The notes under the pieces were generated by a model that was given only the letters and a program-made list of their open reading frames with translations, was not told the DNA's origin and did no database searches. Shown piece after piece: positions 8,781-13,581 of a stretch of 13,581 nucleotides of DNA. Every line of letters starts with the position of its first letter. Position 1 is the stretch's first letter. Origin of the DNA: an uncultured delta proteobacterium (GTDB lineage: Bacteria; Myxococcota_A; Polyangia; Palsa-1104); NCBI GenBank assembly GCA_963785725.1, contig CAWAWS010000034.1, positions 1 through 13,581 on the forward strand, read 5' to 3'. Position numbers and translations under genes: made by a program.

Positions 8781-9404
8781 TTAGCGAAGTGTCGGGGACG
8801 GATCGGCGGTGCAGTTGACACACAAGAGGCGCGGAATCCCTTCCTCGGACTCGAAGCGCACGACCGAGACGGACGCGGGCGAGATGCGTAGACGATGGTA
8901 ATGATTGATGCTCATGCCCAAGAAGTGCGCCAAAAGGACGCGCAGCGGGCCGGCGTGGGAGACGATGACGATGTTGGCGCCGAGCTCGTTGTCGGCCAGC
9001 GCCTGCGAGATGGCGGCGACGATGCGGTCGCGCACGTCGATCAATTTTTCGCCGCCGGGGATGGATTCGGCGACGGGGTTGATGAGGAAGCGTTGGTATT
9101 CGGCGCTGGCGGCGATTTCGTCGTGCGGGCGCGCTTCCCAGCTGCCGGCGTTGAAGTCGATGAGACGCGGATCACGAACGACGCCGACGCCGAGCGGGCC
9201 GGCGAGCAGCTCGGCGGTCTCGACGGCGCGGGGCAGCGGCGAGGCCAAGATTTCGGCGACTTCGATGCTGCCCAGGTGGCGCGCGAGGGCGGCGGTTTGG
9301 CGCCGGCCCGCGTCGGACAGCGGGATATCGCGACGACCAGCGACGCGGCGGTCGCGGCTGAAGTCGGTGTCGGCGTTGCGAACGAGGAAGAGCGTTGTGG
9401 ACAT
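8781..9404 (-). CDS. Histidine phosphatase (phosphoglycerate mutase-like) family protein with RHG->RNA substitution
   Basis: LVRNADT..., DIPLSDAGRRQ, SPLPRAVETA, PGGE, VSHAG. Confidence 0.9.
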   Translation of the reverse strand: MSTTLFLVRNADTDFSRDRRVAGRRDIPLSDAGRRQTAALARHLGSIEVAEILASPLPRAVETAELLAGPLGVGVVRDPRLIDFNAGSWEARPHDEIAASAEYQRFLINPVAESIPGGEKLIDVRDRIVAAISQALADNELGANIVIVSHAGPLRVLLAHFLGMSINHYHRLRISPASVSVVRFESEEGIPRLLCVNCTADPSPTLR

Positions 9405-9437
9405 CGCGAAAGTTCAAGGACCGTAGCACGGAAAGCC

Positions 9438-9465
9438 TTGACAGACGATCGATGCCGGATATAAA
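9438..9465 (+). promoter_or_regulatory. Sigma70-type promoter for the tRNA pair
   Basis: TTGACA (9438-9443), 16 nt, TATAAA (9460-9465), 16 nt upstream of tRNA-Gln. Confidence 0.7.
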
Positions 9466-9481
9466 AACCTCGCAGTTTCGC

Positions 9482-9552
9482 TCGGGGATCGTCTAACGGT
9501 AGGACGGCAGCCTCTGGAGCTGCTTATTGGGGTTCGAATCCCTATCCCCGAA
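9482..9552 (+). tRNA. tRNA-Gln (CTG)
   Basis: Acceptor TCGGGGA/TCCCCGA; anticodon arm GCAGC-CT-CTG-GA-GCTGC (CTG 9514-9516); T-loop TTCGAAT. CCA not encoded. Confidence 0.95.
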
Positions 9553-9585
9553 CAAAACGGGATCGATGCCAGGTCGATCTCTCAA

Positions 9586-9657
9586 GGCCCCATAGTCTAG
9601 CGGTTAGGACGTCGCCCTCTCACGGCGAAATCCTGGGTTCAAGTCCCAGTGGGGTCA
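9586..9657 (+). tRNA. tRNA-Glu (CTC)
   Basis: Acceptor GGCCCCA/TGGGGTC; anticodon arm TCGCC-CT-CTC-AC-GGCGA (CTC 9619-9621); T arm CTGGG-TTCAAGT-CCCAG. CCA not encoded. Confidence 0.95.
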
Positions 9658-11330
9658 CAGCGCAAAGTGAACCCGCCGAGTTCGGGCCATCCCATGGATG
9701 GCCCAGACTCGGCGGGTTCCTTTCAGCTTTCCTCTCATCGAACCTGAAGCCGTCGCTGGATAGAGCGACTGGAAGACCTCGCGGGTGCCTCGCCAGGGCT
9801 GGTTCAGGAGCGTCTCGCGGAATCCCGCGACCTGCTCTCGGATGTTGGCCGCTTCGGTCCGCCAGCAGCTCGGCCGCCATCTGCGGACAGCGCTTGGCCG
9901 CCCGACGTCGTCTTCCAGCCGCTTGATGCGCGTCGTTGCGCTTCCGCAGCTCGCCGACCAACTCGGGGATGCTGTCGCCGCCAGTGGCCACAGCGCGCGC
10001 CAGGTTGCGCTGCTCGCCGCGGATGCCGGGTCAGCTCCTGCTCCAGCGCTGCGGGGTCCTCGCTGACCGTTGAGAGCTTCTGGCTGACTCTCGCGCGCAC
10101 GACGGTCATGATGTCGCGTGACCGCCTCTTCGTCAGGACGTTGTCGCGATGTGCTGAGCCAACGCGCTGCTCGACCAAGCCGATAGGCTGGCGAGCACGG
10201 GCGGTGCAAACCGAAGCTCCCGCGCACGCTGTGCCAATCGCAGCCGTAGAGCTTGCCGAACTGGCCGCTGAGCGACCTTGCGTGCTGGGCGTCCGATCGA
10301 GCCGCCGCATATGGCGCACTTGGCGATCCCGCTCAGCGCGTAGCGCGCTCGCGGTCCGGGGCGCTGGGCGCCGCGAACGCGCTCGGCGAACTTCTCCTGG
10401 ACAGCGAACCAGGTGCGTCATCGACGATTCGCCACTCGGGCAGGTCGATCGTGATGATGTCTTCGGCCGCAGCGGCGACCGCGACGCGCTTGCCGCCGCG
10501 GCGGACGCGCTTGATGCGGCCGTGGATGTAGACGCCGCGATAGCGATCGTTGCGCAGCATCTCGCGGATCGCGCCGGGCGACCACGAGCCCGTGCCGCGC
10601 TTGCCAGCGTTCGGCGGCGGGATGCGCTCGTTGTTGAGCGTGATCGCGGTCTGCTTGAGCCCAAGCCAGCCTTCGAGGTACATGCGGAAGATGCGGCGCA
10701 CGACCTCAGCTTGGGCTTCGTCGATCACAGCGATCGTGTAACGGTCGACCCGACGCGTCTGTGCTCGCGACGGAGCGCGTAGCCGAAGCACCGACCGCCA
10801 GCGATGCGACCGGCGCGGACGCGTGAACGGAGCGCCTCTCTGACGCGTGACCGGATGGCCTCGACTCCATCTGATGTCCGACGCCGCTGAACGAAGGTCA
10901 TCGCGGCGTCGATGACGCTCTCGTACGGCACTTCGCGTGACTCGATGTAGTAGAAGAGTCGCGCACCGCGGTCCTGGACCATCTCGCGCACGGCCAGCGT
11001 CACTTCGAGCGCATCGCGGCCCACGCGCGACTGATCGCGGCAAATGACGATGTCGCCCGGCTTCGAGTCCTCACGTAGCCGGCGGAGATCGGCGCGGCCC
11101 TCAGAAGTCGTCGCCCGCGCGATCGTCGTCGAGATACTCGACGCGATCGGCCCACTGCACGTCATGTACACGCCAAGTCGCACCAAGCCGTCCATGACGA
11201 ACAGGCGCGTGCCTTCGCGCTGCGTGTCGACGACTGAATTGCTGATGTCCTTCGTCAGCCTTCGAGCGGCGGTAGTAGACGCGGAGTGCCGGCCGTTTGC
11301 TGAGCCTTGCTTTCAGAGACGTCGCGCCAT
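9655..11330 (-). pseudogene. Large serine recombinase (resolvase + recombinase + Zn ribbon + coiled coil), multiply frameshifted
   Basis: Fragments in order across frames: RVYYRRS (catalytic Ser), EYLDD, GRADLRRL, RDQSRVGRD, IAGGRCFGY, DEAQAEVVRRIFRMY, WSPGAIREMLRNDRYRG, RIVDD, YALSGIAKCAICGG, YGCDWH..VC, IPELVGELRKR. Likely ATG at 11330. Confidence 0.88.
9669..9724 (+). terminator. Long hairpin after tRNA-Glu, probable terminator
   Basis: GAACCCGCCGAGT (9669-9681) pairs with ACTCGGCGGGTTC (9707-9719); inner GGGCCATCC/GGATGGCCC; followed by ctttc (short U tract). Confidence 0.65.
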
Positions 11331-11333
11331 TGG

Positions 11334-11541
11334 CTATTTCCTTTTCGGGACTGCGCGCGAATACAGAAGATCGATCGCCGCCTCGACGACCGCTGTGATC
11401 GTCGCCGGATCGCTCCGGTCGACGCCGACCGAAGACCAGCCTTGCCGCGACACGATCTTCGACAGCTCGCGCGCCCGCTCGACGGTTGCCCGAGCCATCT
11501 TGAATCGCGAGTCGATCCGGTGGCTTGCCCTTGGCGACCAT
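11334..11541 (-). CDS. Small possible DNA-binding (ribbon-helix-helix-like) protein; frameshift near the N-terminus
   Basis: Frame 11498-11334 reads MARATVERARELSKIVSRQGWSSVGVDRSDPATITAVVEAAIDLLYSRAVPKRK*; upstream ATG 11541 (MVAKGKP) is out of frame; TAG lies 3 nt before the recombinase ATG. Confidence 0.45.
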
Positions 11542-11677
11542 GACGCAGAGATGACTCGCTGCCTCGGTTGTCAATGGACCACCACGTCATGTTCGTCTCG
11601 ACGGACGTCCGCCATAATGCCTGACGGACGCAGACGCGTGCGAGCGACGCGGACGAAGCGGTCGAGCTGTTCGCGGG

Positions 11678-11881
11678 TCAGACTTCGGCAGGCAGTCTCA
11701 CGACCGCGTCGCCGCGGTTAGTCATCTGGGAACCAACGCAGACCGTGCCGTGCGTCTTGCAGGTCATCGAGGCGCGGCAGACGCAATGGACGGGCGTCGC
11801 CTTCTCGCAGCACTTACCGCCGCGAGCCAATCGTTCGGACAGCTCCCAATAGCTCGGCTGCGGCTCTTCTTTGATCTTCAC
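11678..11881 (-). CDS. Small Cys-rich hypothetical protein
   Basis: GTG start with GAGG upstream and GTGA overlap with the preceding stop; CCEKATPVHCVCRASMTCKTHGTVC. True end may be TAA ~11718 via frameshift. Confidence 0.5.
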   Translation of the reverse strand: MKIKEEPQPSYWELSERLARGGKCCEKATPVHCVCRASMTCKTHGTVCVGSQMTNRGDAVVRLPAEV

Positions 11882-12190
11882 GACGCAACCTCGGCTTCGC
11901 GACGGCAGGCGTCGAGCAATAGGTTCTTCGCGTCAATCAGCCGCCGCGCGCGCTCGTCGGTCACTTCGCCGGCCTGATCGTGAAAGTCGCCGCCGGCGAT
12001 AGCCGCTTTGACCTTCGCTCACGAAATGCCGCGCGAATCTCGTCGGGCCCGGCGTCCGCGATCAACTGCCAAGAGTGCCGCCGCTTCGGCGATCGCGTCC
12101 TGTCGACGACTGCGGCCGCCGTCGACCTCGCGCTGACTTGCTTCAGCCAGGAAGCCAGCGCCTCCAATCCCGCGTCGACGAAGCTGTGAA
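11878..12190 (-). pseudogene. J-domain-like protein fragment, frameshifted and 5'-truncated
   Basis: Joined frames read ...LG(V)..ADAGPDEIRAAFRE / VKAAIAGGDFHDQAGEVTDERARRLIDAKNLLLDACRREAEVAS*; J-domain helix pattern but no HPD. Confidence 0.45.
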
Positions 12191-12433
12191 ATGCGGAACG
12201 AAGCGCTTCGACGGGTTCGCCCGCAAGCTGTCCATCAAACTCAGTAGGGAAGATGGAAATGCTTAATTGATCTGATGAATGGAATTAAATTTCAGGAGGA
12301 GGAGCAGGAGGAGCAGGAGGACCCTTGGCGGACTCGGTGGAGACAACTGACGGGTCGATCAACTATGGCATGCCCAAGAGACGCCAGAGGGTGGAGCTCA
12401 GCCGCAATGTTAAGACAGACAGGTTCCGGTGCA
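12190..12433 (+). other. Foreign, eukaryote-like exon-intron-exon fragment
   Basis: AT-rich 52-nt GT...TTTCAG segment at 12244-12295 with in-frame stops; removing it gives a continuous frame KRFDGFARKLSIKL-R-GGAGGAGGPLADSVETTDGSINYGMPKRR. Confidence 0.45.
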
Positions 12434-12642
12434 CCCCGACGTGGGGCTCGACGCGTTCGCGTATCGCCGGCGCGGCATGCGGCCGGCGAGAAACGCCTTG
12501 CGCCCGGCGCTCACGCCCTCGCGCATCGCCTCGGCCATCAGCACCGGGTCTCGGGCGTGGGCGATCGCCGTGTTCAAGAGGACGCCATGGCAGCCGAGCT
12601 CCATCGCGACGGCGACGTCGCTCGCCGTGCCGACGCCCGCGT
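12434..12642 (-). pseudogene. thiG: Thiazole synthase C-terminal fragment
   Basis: [69 protein letters not shown] is the ThiG C-terminus; N-terminal ~two thirds absent. Confidence 0.92.
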
Positions 12643-13424
12643 TCGTGCGGAGTGCTTGGGATCCGGTGTCCGGCGATTTTGGTGCGCTGCCATTCATCTT
12701 CGGAACGCTCGCGACTTCTTTGCTCGCTCTGGCGATGGCAGTGCCGCTGGCGATGGGCGTAGCCATTTTCCTCACGGAACTCTGCCCAGCAAAGCTACGG
12801 GCTCCTATCTCGTTTGTGACCGAGTTGCTGGCCGCAATTCCAAGTGTTGTGTATGGTCTCTGGGCGGTGTTTGTGCTGGTGCCGCTGATGCGCGATACAT
12901 TGGGGCCGTTCCTTTACAAATACCTCGGCTGGACTGGATTTTTTGAAGGCTTCAATTTCGGCGAAGGACTTCTCACGGCGAGCATCATTCTTGCAATTAT
13001 GATTCTGCCGATCATCTCTTCCATTACGCGGGACATCATGCTGGCAGTGCCGATTTCGCAACGCGAGGCCGTGCTGGCGTTGGGAGCGACCCGGTGGGAG
13101 ATGATTCGGACAGGCGTGCTTCGGAATGCGCGCATCGGAATTGTGGGCGCGGTGATTCTAGGACTCGGGCGGGCATTAGGCGAAACCATGGCCGTAACGA
13201 TGGTGATCGGCAATCACCCCGATATTTCGAAGAGCCTGTTTGCGCCCGGCTATACGCTCGCTAGCGTCATTGCGAATGAATTCTCCGAAGCAACGGGTGA
13301 TATGTACCTGAGCGCGCTAATTGAGATTGGGCTGGCGTTGTTTCTGGTGACTATTGTTGTGAATGCGATCGCACGTGCTCTGGTATGGGCTGTAACACGT
13401 GGCACGCCGGCGAGGGTCCACTGA
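12642..13424 (+). CDS. pstC: Phosphate ABC transporter permease PstC, 5'-truncated
   Basis: [80 protein letters not shown]. First TM helix missing; upstream frame is antisense thiG. Confidence 0.95.
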   Translation, partial: FVRSAWDPVSGDFGALPFIFGTLATSLLALAMAVPLAMGVAIFLTELCPAKLRAPISFVTELLAAIPSVVYGLWAVFVLVPLMRDTLGPFLYKYLGWTGFFEGFNFGEGLLTASIILAIMILPIISSITRDIMLAVPISQREAVLALGATRWEMIRTGVLRNARIGIVGAVILGLGRALGETMAVTMVIGNHPDISKSLFAPGYTLASVIANEFSEATGDMYLSALIEIGLALFLVTIVVNAIARALVWAVTRGTPARVH

Positions 13425-13425
13425 T

Positions 13426-13581
13426 ATGAGCTCGAATCCTTTTCATGCTCTGCCTCCAGCTAACGGCGATGATTTCATTCAATCGCCGGCAGGAGTGACT
13501 TCGAGACGTTTGAGGTTGAACAATGTCCGGCGTTATGTCGTGAATCATTTTGTGACCGCGCTGGCAGTGGCGAGCACGGTG
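13426..13581 (+). CDS. pstA: Probable phosphate ABC permease PstA, 5' part running off the window
   Basis: ATG 1 nt after the pstC stop; open to the end: MSSNPFH...RRYVVNHFVTALAVASTV (basic patch then TM start). Canonical pstC-pstA order. Confidence 0.65.
   Translation, partial: MSSNPFHALPPANGDDFIQSPAGVTSRRLRLNNVRRYVVNHFVTALAVASTV

Larger units (their letters stand above)
9658..12190. mobile_element. Integrative element / prophage-like remnant at the tRNA-Glu 3' end (distal boundary not seen)
   Basis: Recombinase abuts the tRNA; small co-oriented hypothetical ORFs upstream; no duplicated tRNA 3' end found in the window. Confidence 0.6.

Noticed and set aside
7059..8891. 610-aa plus-strand ORF and similar long ORFs (3736-5076, 6076-7014, 5301-6191)
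   Set aside because: Antisense shadows of well-supported minus-strand genes in GC-rich DNA; Arg-rich with no motifs.
9550..9660. Missing CCA on both tRNAs as a sign of damage
   Set aside because: Many bacteria add CCA post-transcriptionally; the cloverleaves are intact.
9655..11330. Programmed frameshifting in the recombinase
   Set aside because: Too many shifts, no slippery sequences seen, and neighbouring ORFs are equally affected.
12429..12642. Novel N-terminal domain on PstC
   Set aside because: It is the antisense reading of the thiG fragment across a junction.
12275..12946. 223-aa ORF with EEEQEEQED
   Set aside because: Crosses three unrelated segments; the GGAGCAGGA repeat fits a GGAGGAGG peptide in another frame.

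Overview
Bases 1-9660 are clean, very GC-rich bacterial sequence (Myxococcota-like by style; inference). They carry a minus-strand run: histidine-phosphatase homolog, TPP-dependent enzyme, then a tightly coupled heme-copper oxidase maturation cluster (cupredoxin-like lipoprotein, ctaA, ctaB, ABC-2 ATPase and permease, SCO, DUF420) and a tandem DsbA-fold protein. A divergent sigma70-type promoter drives tRNA-Gln(CTG) and tRNA-Glu(CTC). Directly after tRNA-Glu is an integrative-element remnant: a heavily frameshifted large serine recombinase pointing into the tRNA 3' end, plus small cargo ORFs (RHH-like, Cys-rich, J-domain-like). From ~12190 the window becomes a mosaic: a eukaryote-like fragment with a possible 52-nt GT..TTTCAG intron, a thiG fragment, and a 5'-truncated pstC plus pstA start of different composition. 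This tail is most likely chimeric sequence rather than biology.
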